Origin: Trichodesmium erythraeum IMS101
GTDB taxonomy: Bacteria > Cyanobacteriota > Cyanobacteriia > Cyanobacteriales > Microcoleaceae
Reading direction: 5' to 3'
NCBI RefSeq assembly: GCF_000014265.1
Contig: NC_008312.1
Span: 3,150,001-3,182,000, forward strand
DNA length: 32,000 bases
The notes under the pieces were generated by a model that ran no database searches, was not told the DNA's origin, and saw nothing but the letters and a program-made list of their open reading frames with translations. Position 1 is the stretch's first letter; each line of letters begins with the position of its first letter. Made by a program: the position numbers and the translations under genes. Of this stretch, positions 1 to 10,816 are shown one piece after another.

Positions 1-275
1 AGTTCTTTGCTGGTTTGATTAAGCTTGATTTGGATTTCATCTATTCTAAAAACACCTTTTCTTAACGGTTTGCTTGTTGCAAATAAAGTAGCTAAGGTTA
101 AAGCGGAAAGAATACTGCCAGTGAGCATAGATACTAATGCAGCAGTATAGCGGGGTCTGAGGTTAAATAGTCTTAGTCTTGCTTTACCTACTTTTTTACC
201 TATACGATCACTAATAGTAGCGATTACACTACCTAAAAGTAAAATTGCCAATATTAGGATAATACCCGCGGTCAT
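1..275 (-). CDS. N-terminal part of a DUF3084-type membrane protein (gene continues past the left edge)
   Basis: Absent from the ORF track because it runs off the window. A minus-strand ATG at 273-275 opens the frame MTAGIILILAILLLGSVIATISDRIGKKVGKARLRLFNLRPRYTAALVSMLTGSILSALTLATLFATSKPLRKGVFRIDEIQIKLNQ... Two hydrophobic helices flank a DRIGxKVGKxRLxLFNLRP motif that I recall from cyanobacterial DUF3084 proteins. Confidence 0.55.
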   Translation of the reverse strand, partial: MTAGIILILAILLLGSVIATISDRIGKKVGKARLRLFNLRPRYTAALVSMLTGSILSALTLATLFATSKPLRKGVFRIDEIQIKLNQTSKE

Positions 276-495
276 TAATGCCTGCTGGTAATAGTTTAAT
301 TGTAAGGATAGCTTCTGATTCTTGTTTCAGGTCATAAACCCTTATCAAATATGCTTTATGTAAAGTAATCTTGATGACTCAATTGATTGTAGTAGATTTA
401 ATCAAAAGTAAGTTACAGCCATTTCTGGCAAGATGTCAGCACTATAAAAAGTTGGATGATTAATATTTTTACAAGTATTTATTTTATTTTTTTAA

Positions 496-1167
496 TTAAG
501 TAAATTGCTGACTTAAAGCTACTGGGTTATGTACTGTAATTTTCTTTTTATGAATAGATATCATTTCATCTTGCCTGAGGTCTCCAAGTAGACGAGTAAC
601 AGTCACCCTTGTTGACCCAATTGCTTCTGCAATTGCTTGGTGAGATAATTTCAAGTCAATCATAATCCCATCATCTCTAGGAACTCCAAAATCTCGACAA
701 AGGATTAACAAAAAGCTAACCAGTCTAGAACCCATATCTCGGTGTGCCAAGGTTTCAATCATCATTTCTGTCTGTAAAATTCGGGATGATAGTCCACGCA
801 ATAGAATAACTGACAGTTCTGGATCTTCTCTTAGAGCTTTTTCTACTTGGTCAATTGGCACTGATATTAACTCTACTGGAGTAAATGCCACTGCATGGTA
901 GAAACGATCTGACTTATGGCCTGTTATTAGAGATAGCACACCAAATACACTATTCTCCCTAAGTAAGGCTACTGTAATTTCGTCTCCTGCTTCATAAACC
1001 CTAGATAGCTTTACTGCGCCTTTTATTAAGACGTAGACACGCTCGGCAGGATCTCCTGGAAAAAATATTGTCTTGCTCCGCTCAAAAGTTTCTATCACTG
1101 GTGGATATGAGCCACCAGATATATTACGGAAAACAGATGCTAGCGGTCTATCATGCGTCACGAGCAA
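496..1167 (-). CDS. ntcA: Global nitrogen regulator NtcA (CRP/FNR family)
   Basis: 223 aa. N-terminal cNMP-binding-like fold ([42 protein letters not shown]). C-terminal HTH ([25 protein letters not shown]). Length and near-complete sequence match my memory of cyanobacterial NtcA. Confidence 0.95.
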   Translation of the reverse strand: MLVTHDRPLASVFRNISGGSYPPVIETFERSKTIFFPGDPAERVYVLIKGAVKLSRVYEAGDEITVALLRENSVFGVLSLITGHKSDRFYHAVAFTPVELISVPIDQVEKALREDPELSVILLRGLSSRILQTEMMIETLAHRDMGSRLVSFLLILCRDFGVPRDDGIMIDLKLSHQAIAEAIGSTRVTVTRLLGDLRQDEMISIHKKKITVHNPVALSQQFT

Positions 1168-1813
1168 TTTCCTTACACTGCTTCATAAAACTGATCTAAA
1201 ACTTCACTGGTTATGACATTTAAATTTTGACTTCCTGTTTCTACCAAAGTTGTCGGCAGCACGATATTAACAGGTATCAACGTTCAAGCTAACCGAGTCT
1301 CTCAAATTTATACTTGCATTTAGATGGCGACATATAGACAAACCAGACTTTTATTAATCAAAAGTTAAAATATTTAATGGCATATCTATTACATAAGCGC
1401 AACTATAACAAGTTTTGGAAGATGAAAAAATCTACCTACTTTATTGCTTTTAACAACTGTAGCATAATAATACTTTATGACGTAAGTTGTCAACTAACTC
1501 AATTCTCTCATCTAAATTTTTTTCTTTATATTTTTATAATAAGTAATTCACTAACTAAGCAAAGGTAATACTATCAAATTACAAGATATTGCTGTATATT
1601 TAGGATTGATTTTATTTTGTTGTAAACATTTATTGAGATAAATTAGCATATTGAAACTGAAAAACTTAATGTTTAATGATGGCCTATTAGTACTATTTTG
1701 CTGGTATAGCAAATATACATATAATAATCATACCATCAATCGGTAATACATCATGATCAAATTAAATTTGAAATTTTTGATCAAATTAAATATTAATAAA
1801 AATTAATGATATA

Positions 1814-2590
1814 ATGTTAAACTTAACTGGAAAAAATGCTCTGGTGACAGGGATTGCAAATAATCGTTCTATTGCTTGGGGTATTGCTCAACAACTTCAT
1901 AAAGCCGGGGCTAATTTGGGGGTTACTTATCTACCAGATGATAAGGGTAAGTTTCAAAAGAAGGTTTGGGAGTTAGTCGAACCTTTGAGTCCTTCTTTAT
2001 ATTTACCTTGTAATGTTCAAGATGACCAACAGGTTAAACAGACTTTTGCCCAAGTAGGGGAAAAGTGGGGTAAGCTGGATATTTTAATTCATTGTTTGGC
2101 TTTTGCTGGTAAGGAGGAGTTGTCTGGGGATTTTAGTAATACTACTCGTGAAGGGTTTACTCGTGCTTTGGAGATTAGTTCTTATTCTTTGATTGATTTA
2201 AGCTCAAAGGCTAAGGAGTTGATGACTGAAGGAGGGAGTATTCTGACTCTGAGTTACTTGGGTGGGGTGCGAGTTGTTCGTAATTATAATGTTATGGGAA
2301 TTGCTAAGTCTGCTTTGGAAATGAATGTGCGTTATTTAGCAGCAGAACTTGGGCCCAAAAATATTAGGATAAATGCTATTTCTGCTGGTCCAATTAGAAC
2401 TTTGGCTTCTTCTGCTGTTGGTGGTATTTTGGATATGATTCATCATGTGGAAAAAGTGGCTCCGTTGCGTCGTACGGTGACTCAAATTGAAATTGGTAAT
2501 ACTGCTGCTTTTTTATGTAGTGATCTGGCAAGTGGAATTACTGGTCAGGTTGTCTATGTGGATGCTGGTTATGAAATTATGGGAATTTAG
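1814..2590 (+). CDS. fabI: Enoyl-[acyl-carrier-protein] reductase (NADH), FabI
   Basis: 258 aa. SDR fold with N-terminal GIANNRSIAWGIA dinucleotide-binding motif, catalytic Y-x6-K (YNVMGIAKSALE) and ISAGPIRTLA motif, all typical of FabI. Confidence 0.93.
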   Translation: MLNLTGKNALVTGIANNRSIAWGIAQQLHKAGANLGVTYLPDDKGKFQKKVWELVEPLSPSLYLPCNVQDDQQVKQTFAQVGEKWGKLDILIHCLAFAGKEELSGDFSNTTREGFTRALEISSYSLIDLSSKAKELMTEGGSILTLSYLGGVRVVRNYNVMGIAKSALEMNVRYLAAELGPKNIRINAISAGPIRTLASSAVGGILDMIHHVEKVAPLRRTVTQIEIGNTAAFLCSDLASGITGQVVYVDAGYEIMGI

Positions 2591-2721
2591 ATATTGAACT
2601 CAAAAGTCAGCACATTTCTAGTCAGAAGTAAAGAAAGTATAGCTAAATTCAAAATTCAGAAGTAAACAAAAGTAAGTAATAAAGTTTTCTGATTGACTTA
2701 AGTTAAGGTTTAGTTTGTTAG

Positions 2722-2766
2722 GTTGTTGTTGGGGTTTGATAAACAAAACCCAACAACAACTTTATT
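2722..2766 (+). terminator. Hairpin plus T-tract, candidate intrinsic terminator of fabI
   Basis: gttgttgttggggttt (2722-2737) pairs with aaaacccaacaacaac (2745-2760) at 15 of 16 positions. The loop is 7 nt and tttatt follows. It lies about 130 nt after the fabI stop. Confidence 0.6.
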
Positions 2767-3430
2767 GCTGATACATTTAATAACATAGTGGGGACAAACT
2801 TCCAGCTTGTGGGACATCAATCTATGTATATACGTGCGACTCGTTGGCCACTAAACCAGGAAACTGGGTATAAATGGCCGTTCAAAGTCATCACATGAGG
2901 ACAACCTCGACTTGTGAATAACTCTTATTACCTTGATGGTGAAATTCCATCCACCTTGTTGTTGGGTTGACAGCATAGGCCATAGGGTAGAGACTGAACA
3001 TCAATCCCTAAAGCTGGTCTAAATGGGGTCAAAGCTCTAACTACCAAATGAGTGAGACTTCTAGCAAAGGCTGACAAGTGGACGAATAGGAAGGTAATTA
3101 AACTCTCGTTATTAGTAACAACTTCAAAGGTAGCTAAGGAGTTTAGGACGAAAGTCAGGGGGTCTTTGAATAATCTTATGTATCTGAGATTATTAACAAC
3201 CAAGCCGAACCCTCCGGGAGAATTTACCCCACTAAATCAATCGAAATAAAGGAATAATGGAACGAGGAAACCTATTTAAGACACCTAAGTAAATAGGTCG
3301 AAAACTTAGGAAACCATTCAAGGTCAATCTACACAAAAGTTGTAGGTCTTAAGGAGATTAGGATTGAGTAAGAAGCATTGCAGAGGCAGACGTACTCACT
3401 GTTGAACGTAATATAGAGTAATGATTAGTC

Positions 3431-5334
3431 ATGAAAAAAGCTGAAATACTAAAAAGAAGATTGGGTAATCCAAAACCCTTTTTAAGTGTGGCATGGGACA
3501 CTTACGATATGCTTGACCAAATTTGTGTCAATCCTAACCTTAAATGGAGGGATATAGACTGGAAAAAAGTTGAGCGGTATGTGTTTAAGTTACAAAAGTT
3601 AATCTATAAAGCATCCAGCCGTGGCAAAATCCGCAAAATGCGTAAATACCAAAAACTTCTGACCAAAAGTTATGATGCTAGGTTGCTAGCTGTTAGGCGT
3701 GTGACTCAGGAAAACCAGGGGAAGAAAACTGTGGGTATAGATGGTATAAAAAGTCTTCCCCCAATGCAGAGATTTAACTTGGTAGAAATGTTAAAGTCAC
3801 GATATCTTAAAGCAAGCCCTACCCGTAGAGTCTGGATACCAAAACCAGGGAAAGAAGAAAAACGTCCATTAAGCATACCTACTTTGTATGATAGGGCCCT
3901 TCAAGCACTGGTAAAGTTAGGTAGGTCACCAGAATGGGAGGCCCTTTTTGAACCTAATAGTTATGGTCTTTTCCGGAGGTCAACATACGATGCTATTGCA
4001 GCAATCTATGACAGCATCAACAAAAAACCAAAATACGTTTTAGATGCTGACATATCCAAATGTTTTGACCGAATTAACCATGATGCGTTGTTGAGAAAAG
4101 TAGGACGAACACCTTACAGACGATTAATCAAACAATGGTTAAAGTCCGGGGTATTTGATAACAAACATTTCTCAGAAACTATGGAAGGTACACCACAGGG
4201 AGGGGTTATATCACCCTTACTAGCAAACATCGCCTTACACGGGGAAAGAAAAATGTCTAGAAAAATATGCCGAAACCCTTCCGGGAGTAAAGGCAAAAAA
4301 TAAACAGGCATTAACCCTAGTAAGATATGCTGATGACTTTGTAATTCTACACAAAGATATCAAAGTATTGTTACAAGCAAAAGCCGTAATACAGGATTGG
4401 TTAAACCAGGTAGGATTAGAGCTAAAACCAGAAAAAACCAAAATTGCCCACACCTTAGAGGAATATGAAGGGAACAAACCTGGATTTGACTTTTTAGGAT
4501 TCACAGTAAGGCAGTGGAAAGTTAAGACAACCAAACAGGGATTCAAAACACTGATTAAACCATCAATTAATAGTATGAAATCTCAATACAAAAAGATGGC
4601 GGAAATATTTGATGTTATGAAAGCAGTTCCTACCAAGGTACTTATAGCAAAATTAAATCCAATAATCAGAGGCTGGTCTAACTACTTCTCAACCGTAGTC
4701 AGTAAAGAGGCATTTATTAAAATAGATAACCTCCTATGGAAAAGATTAGGTCGATGGGCAAACCGGAGACATTCTAATAAGTCAGCAGCCTGGGTAAAAA
4801 GTAAATACTTCCCCGCTCTGGGCTCCAGAAACTGGATACTTAACGACGGCGAATATGTATTAAACCAACACTCTAATGTGTCTATTGTGCGACACGTAAA
4901 GGTTAAAGGTAATAACTCACCCTATAACGGAGATTGGACATATTGGGGCAACCGACTAGGCAAATATCCCGGTATAAGGAAAGAAGTTACAACACTGTTA
5001 AAACGACAGAAAGGTAAATGCGCACATTGTGGAAATTACTTCAGACCAGACGACCAAATGGGAAGTAGACCATATAAAACCAAAATCTGAAGGCGGTGAT
5101 AACTCAATTAAAAATAAACAACTGTTACACCGACATTGTCACGATACTAAAACTGCTTTAGATAATAAAACATACCCAAAACCTAAGTTACAGGACTTAC
5201 CTGATGAATATTTATGGGTAAATGATATGTTAATTCTAAAACAGGGATGTACCTATGTAAAAGGACGTTCAGGAGAGGAGCCGGATGAGGTGAAAGTCTC
5301 ACGTCCGGTTTTGAAGACGAGTCGGGTAGGGTAA
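3431..5334 (+). pseudogene. Intron-encoded reverse transcriptase / maturase / HNH endonuclease, split over three frames
   Basis: The RT motifs are spread over frames. TPQGGVISPLLANIALHG ends frame A. LEKYAETLPGVKAKNKQALTLVRYADDFVILH continues in another frame from about 4255. The maturase X region (RGWSNYF) and zinc-finger CAHCG are in frame B. WEVDHIKPKSEGGDN...HRHCHDTKT (HNH) is in a third frame from about 5056. Both switches sit in short A runs (about 4249-4253 and 5056-5058). Confidence 0.85.
5278..5311 (+). other. Group II intron catalytic domain V
   Basis: 34-nt hairpin matching the DV consensus GAGCCGUAUGNNNUGAAAGNNNCACGUACGGUUY, including the AGC triad position and GAAA tetraloop. 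Confidence 0.8.
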
Positions 5335-5434
5335 CTTACTTGGCTTAGTTTAACAATAATGAATAAACAGGCTGTAAAACTGTGCTACTGAAAAAGTAAA
5401 ATTTAAAATTTATATCTATATTTATATATTTATT

Positions 5435-6076
5435 ATGCAGATAAGCGATCGCCTTTCTTCATCTACTGCACCAATACTGAATTTGCCTGTTAGACGTGCT
5501 TCTGTGAAACGAAAAACTGGAGAAACTGATGTGACTGTTAATCTTAATCTTGATGGTGTGGGTAATTGTCAGGCTAATACTGGTATTCCTTTTTTGGATC
5601 ATATGTTGCATCAAATTTCTTCTCATGGACTGATTGATTTGGATGTCCAGGCTGTGGGGGATATTGAAATTGATGACCATCATACTAATGAGGATGTGGG
5701 CATTACTTTAGGCCAGGCTTTAAAGCAGGCCTTGGGCGATCGAAAGGGTATTGTCCGTTTTGGTCATTTTTTGGCTCCTTTGGATGAGGCTTTGGTTGAA
5801 GTGGCCTTAGATTTTTCTGGTCGTCCACATTTAAGTTATGGTTTGGAAATGCCAACTCAACGGGTGGGAAATTATGATACTCAGTTAGTACGGGAATTTT
5901 TTGTGGCCCTGGCCAATAATAGTTTGATGACTTTGCATATTCGGCAGTTGGGAGGAATTAATTCTCATCATATTATTGAGGCAGGGTTTAAAGCTTTTGC
6001 TCGTTCTCTACGGATGGCTACGGAAATTGACCCCAGGCGAGTTGGGGAAATTCCTAGTTCCAAAGGAGTTTTGTAG
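5435..6076 (+). CDS. hisB: Imidazoleglycerol-phosphate dehydratase
   Basis: 213 aa. [37 protein letters not shown] and [16 protein letters not shown] are the conserved IGPD metal-binding motifs. Confidence 0.95.
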   Translation: MQISDRLSSSTAPILNLPVRRASVKRKTGETDVTVNLNLDGVGNCQANTGIPFLDHMLHQISSHGLIDLDVQAVGDIEIDDHHTNEDVGITLGQALKQALGDRKGIVRFGHFLAPLDEALVEVALDFSGRPHLSYGLEMPTQRVGNYDTQLVREFFVALANNSLMTLHIRQLGGINSHHIIEAGFKAFARSLRMATEIDPRRVGEIPSSKGVL

Positions 6077-6135
6077 TTAGTTATCAGTTTTTGACTTTAG
6101 CGATCGCCTATGAGAAATTATTTTATACCAATTTC

Positions 6136-6722
6136 CTAAAGTCCGACTACACATAATGCTTCAAGAATAAAATCATATCCTGTACAAGAAGCAATATCTT
6201 TTTGACTAAATCCAGTTAATATATTTCTCAGGATTCTGCGTCAGAAATCTAAGGAATCGAAAACTCGATTTTTCAAGAATTTTTTCACCTCTTTCCACAG
6301 TCTTTCAATGGGATTAACTTCGGGACAATAAGGAGGTTGAAATAATAAAATGATGTGATCAGGGATAGATAAATCATTCCCTAGATGCCCTCGCCCGTTA
6401 TCTAGTTGAATAATATGAATCTCTTCAGGATATGTTTGAGAAAAAAGCTCTAAAAATCTTTCAAAGCAAGGAGTATCTAGATGACTAAATTCATAAAAAA
6501 AGGAATCTCCTGTTTTTGGTTCTACTAAACCATAAAGCCATAGATATTTAAATAGCCATTGATATAAACCAATGGGCTTAACACCGCAAGCAGTAATGAC
6601 TTTACCTGTTATAGTTTTTAATCCAATTCTAGTCTCGTCTTGACACCAATAGCGAATTGGCAGTTGATTTTCCGAATATTTATTAATTAACTTAATTTTC
6701 TCTTCTAGTTGAGATGAGAGTT
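6136..6722 (-). pseudogene. IS630 transposase DDE catalytic part (orfB, -1 frame relative to orfA) with an in-frame TGA
   Basis: Hand translation in the -1 frame after the A8 run gives ...IRYWCQDETRIGLKT...IHIIQLDNGRGH...PPYCPEVNPIERLWKEVKKFLKNRVFDSLDF*RRILRNILTGFSQKDIASCTGYDFILEALCVVGL*. The D, D and E residues are present. There is no start codon, which is why it is absent from the ORF track. A TGA at 6241-6243 interrupts the conserved C-terminal tail. Confidence 0.75.
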
Positions 6723-7208
6723 TTTTTTAAAGTTTTCTTGAGCTTCTTTATTTTGTTTTATGTGATTTGGACGTGGAACTTTTAATTTACTTTTTAATTT
6801 ATATCTGACTAATTGATGAACTGTTCGATAAGACAGCTCGATGTCAAAACAAGTCGTTAACCACTGTTGAATTTCACCATAGCTTTGGAAACCTTCCGGG
6901 TTTTGCAATTCTGCTTCTAATTTCTCGATTACATTTGGTGGAATTGAACTTGGCCTCCCTCCTAGATTTTTCTTTGGTTCTAGTAAAAGATTCAGTCCAC
7001 CTGTACGATATTTCCCTAACCATTTTTGTACTGTGACTCGATTGCGTCCTAACATTATCGCAATTTCTTTTACTGTTTCTACTGTTTGAGTTTTCAACCA
7101 GTAAATAGTTTGAAGTCTTTCCTTTTCTTGAGCTGTACTCGCACTTTTTAAAAGTTTTTTGAGAGTTTCTACCGATTCATTTATCTCAATTTTTACTACT
7201 CCTGACAT
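6705..7208 (-). CDS. IS630 transposase N-terminal (HTH DNA-binding) part, orfA
   Basis: 167 aa with paired HTH regions (VKEIAIMLGRNRVTVQKWLGKYRTGG; SYRTVHQLVRYKL), typical of IS630 N-termini. It stops just after an A8 run (6721-6728). Confidence 0.8.
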   Translation of the reverse strand: MSGVVKIEINESVETLKKLLKSASTAQEKERLQTIYWLKTQTVETVKEIAIMLGRNRVTVQKWLGKYRTGGLNLLLEPKKNLGGRPSSIPPNVIEKLEAELQNPEGFQSYGEIQQWLTTCFDIELSYRTVHQLVRYKLKSKLKVPRPNHIKQNKEAQENFKKNSHLN

Positions 7209-8239
7209 GGGGACATTTTCTATAATAGGTTACTTCTAAAAGTGTAGCTTAAGTTTATGAAATTAGTATTACCTATTTAATCATTATTTTTACTTTACCT
7301 CACAAACGAACGAAAGTGCTGTAATAAGATTAGCTTTTTTTCTAATATTGTTGGGAATTTTACTTGAAATTTTATTCAATACAAGCGGGAGGTGTGATGG
7401 GATACTTCTGATGCAAAGCTCCACAACCACACCACACCAAATCTATTCTCAATAAGCTTTCCTTTTCTGTTAAAGTATTTTTCAATTTCAAGAGGCAAAT
7501 TATTCTCTCATTGAAACAAATTAATGTTCAAGAAGTAGAGTTAAAATTTGACTTATGTTTTCCCAATTAAGTCCAAGTTAAAGTTAGCTGAAAACAGGAA
7601 AAAATAGAAGTATAAAAAAACGATAATGTCAATTTATATTAAAAACAAATATTTTATATCGGATGGCATTAAATACAAAATAAATTTTGTATAAATATCA
7701 AGAAAAAAATTCTATCGAAATAGGTTTTAGGTATTTTTTTACTGCCCCTATTTTTAACTGATACTGTCTTCTTTAAATTACTCCATATAATTGGAGTTTT
7801 GGGGTTAATTAGGGGTTTATGTTTGTTTATCTATACTGTGGTTCAAGGTCAACTAAGCCAAACTTTAAAGTGTACTCAATATACTGTAAAAAATTAATTG
7901 AATCGTCCTACTAATAGACCAACACAACGATTATATATTTCAATATTTTTAGTCAATTTCTTTGTTGATTAATTCTAGAGTTAAGGGCATATCTAATCTA
8001 ACTTTATAACGTTGGTAATGATTAATTTTTTTTCCTCTAAATTGTTAAAAATACTATCTGCTCAATTGAGAAACATGAGACAAAAGCAGGTAGAGTATGA
8101 AAAGAACTAACAATTGAATAATAGTGTAGAATTAAGTAAGGGCTTAACAATTATTAATATACTATCAGTCAAATGAGGGAAAGACTTTGGTAATTTTTGA
8201 AATTTTCTCTTAGTAATTTCTGCTAACCCATAGCATTCG

Positions 8240-9088
8240 GTAGTGGGTCAGTAAAGTGTGGGATAAGTAATTAAGTCATTCCAACTCCAAGGAGCGATCG
8301 CGTTCCTCAACTCTTTGCGTAGCAGTATTTTCTTTGCGACTATGAACCCAAATCCAATTAAAGTAGGCCCTCGCCAACCTTACTGTTGGCTCAGTTTGTT
8401 GCCAGAACTTGCCAAATTTATTCTGTCGGCGATGCCATCGACCGAGCTGCTGTCTGATAATTCCAACAGGGCAATACTCGTTCATACCCTCCCAAATCAT
8501 CAGTTAGCCATTTTTACAGCTAGTTTTCCCTTCTGTGTTGACGACCAATTCCTCAATGAACTGATCAGTATGTTGACTTACTCTAGCACTCAGAATTAAT
8601 CTACTGGATGAAGCGTAGGGGCTTGCCAACCCAAGAATTCCCTTCTCTCAATTCCTGATACTGGCACTGTTTTTGTTTTTTTGAACGAATGACTAAAACT
8701 CATCACTGCTGATTTGTGAGGTATTGATATTCTGGAGATGAGCATTATGAATCATTTGTCCTTTTTCAGAGGGAGCTCTCACTAAAGTAACTACCGTATT
8801 ATCGGCCAAATTCACTGTTCGACTAATCCCTCTTAAACTATTGCCCTCAACGTGAGCCTCTAGAAACATGGGCATTTGTTCAGGTTGAATTGTTCTACGA
8901 TAGTAGAGAGTGTCAAAAGTATCGGTAAAAGTTTGTAGGCATTCAGGACAATAATATCGTTGACAACATTACTGGTCTTTCCATGTTTATGAGTTTTCTG
9001 ATGGCCACATAGAGGAAATTTCATGATAATAGAAAGTATTTAAGAACAATGATTATATTACCATTCCCACACTTTCTTGATGCACTAC
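8240..9088 (-). mobile_element. IS1-family insertion sequence (about 850 bp), decayed
   Basis: Terminal inverted repeats. ggtagtgggtcagtaaagtgtgggataagtaa (8240-8271) matches the reverse complement of ttaccattcccacactttcttgatgcactac (ends 9088), which reads gtagtgcatcaagaaagtgtgggaatggtaa. The size is close to canonical IS1. Confidence 0.65.
8276..9024 (-). pseudogene. IS1-type transposase (InsA/InsB-like), disrupted by a frameshift and stops
   Basis: The minus strand reads MKFPLCGHQKTHKHGKTSN, then after a frameshift CCQRYYCPECLQTFTDTFDTLYYRR...FLEAHVEGNSLRGISRTVNLADNTVVTLV (zinc ribbon plus HTH). SSDEF*SFVQKNKN follows (compare ELDEMWSFVGKKKN of IS1 InsB), then further stops, then ...IIRQQLGRWHRRQNKFGKF (compare IERxNxTLRQRxxRLxRKTxxFSK). 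Confidence 0.6.
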
Positions 9089-9115
9089 GACTTTATTCAT
9101 ATAATTTAGGAGTTA

Positions 9116-10816
9116 TTGATGAAACTGCAATCATTAAAAGCAAAATTTATTTCATTTTCCTTAGGATTAAGCATATTATCACCTATTTTTACTCCTATTC
9201 TTGCTATTGCGGCTGAACAAATTATAATTTCTGTTCCCGATATAAATATTAAAAATCCAATAGAAGTTTATATCCGAGATTTTCAAATTAAAATATTAGT
9301 AAAATCTCTAGAAAACTTGGCTGAAGAAGGTAAACAGACAGAAGAATTTAATCTTTATTCGGAACTACTAAAAGAAGAAGTATATGAAGTTCTGCAAAAG
9401 CCTTTTAACTTAGATCCTACTTTTGTAGAAGCTTTTATGAAAGAACCAATGGGAAAAGAAATGCTAAAACGTTTAGGTAAAATTATCCAAACAGGAGACA
9501 AGCAAAATGGTAGTGAAGCTATCAAAAAATCCTTTCAGTTAGCTCTTGCAGATCCAAATGGTTTAACTATTATTAATTTACTTAATAAATTTCCTGGAGA
9601 TATTTTTATAGAATTACAAGAAGGTGTGAATTTAGTTGATGAGTTAATAAAAAATTTTGTAGAAAAAAATAGAATTTTAACAGGATTACAAAGACAAGCA
9701 GAAGATTTAGCATTAGCAGAAAAAAAACGTAATTTTAAGTTTTTTCCAGACTTAAGAATGCCTGGGAATATAACATTCAAAAAACAATCTTTTAGCTTTA
9801 GAAATCCCTATCGTAAACGATCTTCTCCTGTAGATATTTATCTGCCTAATATTTCTGGAAATAACTTAATTCCTGTGGTAGTTATTTCTCATGGTTTAGG
9901 TTCAGATATAAGTAGTTTTGTCTATCTTGCTAAACATTTAGCATCTCATGGTTTTGCTGTAATAGTACCAAAACATATTGGTTCAGATGCAGAAAAACTT
10001 GAAAAAATGTTTGCAGGTCTTAGCAGACCTGTAGATGGGATGACATTTATTAATCGCCCACTAGATATTAAGTATTCGCTAGATGAAATAGAAGAAAAAA
10101 TAGGATCCGACCCTATATGGCAAGGTAAGCTAAATTTTCAAAACGTAGGGATAATAGGTCAATCTTTTGGTGGTTATACTGCTTTAAGTGTTGCAGGTGC
10201 TCCTCTCAACATCAAACAACTAAGTAAAGACTGCCAATCTGAAGATATTCAGTTAATCTTAAATTTATCCCTGTTGTTCCAGTGTCAAATGACTGATTTA
10301 GCGAAAGAAGTTACTCCCAGTTTAGCAGATGAAAGAATCAAAGCAGTTATTGCAATTAATCCTATTAGTAGTATTTTATTTAGAACTGACAGTCAAGGTA
10401 TGAGTAAAGATATGAGTGAAATTAAAGTTCCTGTGATGATTATTACCGGCACTGAAGACTTATTTGCTCAGCCAATTCCAGAGCAAATTTATCCATTTAT
10501 TAGCTTAACTACCCCAGAAAAATATTTAGTTATAAGTAAACCAGGAACTCATTTTTCATTTATTCAAGAAGAAGAGAATGTTCCTGTAGAACTACCAAAA
10601 AAATTAATTGGTCCTGACCCTAATTTAGCTTATCCATATCTTCAGGCATTAAGTGTAGCTTTCTTTCGGGTTTATATTCAAAATCAATCTGAGTCATTAC
10701 TATATTTAAGTGAGTCTTATCTACAGTATCTCAATCAAGAACCATTTACTTTTAGTTTACTGAAATCTCTTACAGAAGTTGATATACAAAAAGTGCTTGA
10801 GAGTTATTATGAATAA
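9116..10816 (+). CDS. Secreted alpha/beta hydrolase with N-terminal DUF1400-like domain (dienelactone hydrolase / PAF-acetylhydrolase-like)
   Basis: 566 aa. Signal-peptide-like N-terminus (MMKLQSLKAKFISFSLGLSILSPIFTPILAIAAE). DUF1400-like region (...LGKIIQTGDKQNGSEAIKKSFQLALADPNGLTIINLLNKFPGD...). Hydrolase core with VVISHGLGSD and nucleophile elbow GQSFGG. Confidence 0.8.
   Translation: MMKLQSLKAKFISFSLGLSILSPIFTPILAIAAEQIIISVPDINIKNPIEVYIRDFQIKILVKSLENLAEEGKQTEEFNLYSELLKEEVYEVLQKPFNLDPTFVEAFMKEPMGKEMLKRLGKIIQTGDKQNGSEAIKKSFQLALADPNGLTIINLLNKFPGDIFIELQEGVNLVDELIKNFVEKNRILTGLQRQAEDLALAEKKRNFKFFPDLRMPGNITFKKQSFSFRNPYRKRSSPVDIYLPNISGNNLIPVVVISHGLGSDISSFVYLAKHLASHGFAVIVPKHIGSDAEKLEKMFAGLSRPVDGMTFINRPLDIKYSLDEIEEKIGSDPIWQGKLNFQNVGIIGQSFGGYTALSVAGAPLNIKQLSKDCQSEDIQLILNLSLLFQCQMTDLAKEVTPSLADERIKAVIAINPISSILFRTDSQGMSKDMSEIKVPVMIITGTEDLFAQPIPEQIYPFISLTTPEKYLVISKPGTHFSFIQEEENVPVELPKKLIGPDPNLAYPYLQALSVAFFRVYIQNQSESLLYLSESYLQYLNQEPFTFSLLKSLTEVDIQKVLESYYE

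Larger units (their letters stand above)
2834..5339 (+). mobile_element. Group II intron (about 2.5 kb) in the fabI-hisB intergenic spacer
   Basis: 5' GTGCG at 2834. About 600 nt of structured non-coding sequence precede an RT/maturase ORF in domain IV position. A canonical 34-nt domain V (gagccggatgaggtgaaagtctcacgtccggttt, 5278-5311) is followed by a short domain VI-like segment ending ...cttac around 5339. The 3' boundary is approximate, within a few nt. Confidence 0.85.
6125..7270 (-). mobile_element. IS630-family (Tc1/mariner-like) insertion sequence, about 1.15 kb
   Basis: Imperfect terminal inverted repeats. The left end tataccaatttcctaaagtccgactacac (reverse complement gtgtagtcggactttaggaaattggtata) matches the right end gtgtagcttaagtttatgaaattagtatta. 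TA dinucleotides at both ends fit the TA target of IS630. Contains HTH and DDE ORFs. Confidence 0.8.

Noticed and set aside
1377-1568. 63-aa ORF in the ntcA-fabI spacer
   Set aside because: Extremely AT-rich, low-complexity (N/I/F/K-rich) product with no SD. Expected by chance.
2928-3249. ORFs 2928..3203 (-) and 3052..3249 (+)
   Set aside because: They lie inside domains I-III of the group II intron ribozyme. They have no recognisable motifs and overlap each other.
5374-5388. NtcA-like site gtaaaactgtgctac upstream of hisB
   Set aside because: The spacing is GTA-N9-TAC, not N8. I also found no GTA-N8-TAC in the ntcA upstream region (1168-1400) by eye.
8315-8599. 94-aa plus-strand ORF
   Set aside because: It is antisense to the IS1-type transposase remnant, and the minus-strand reading carries the recognisable IS1 motifs.
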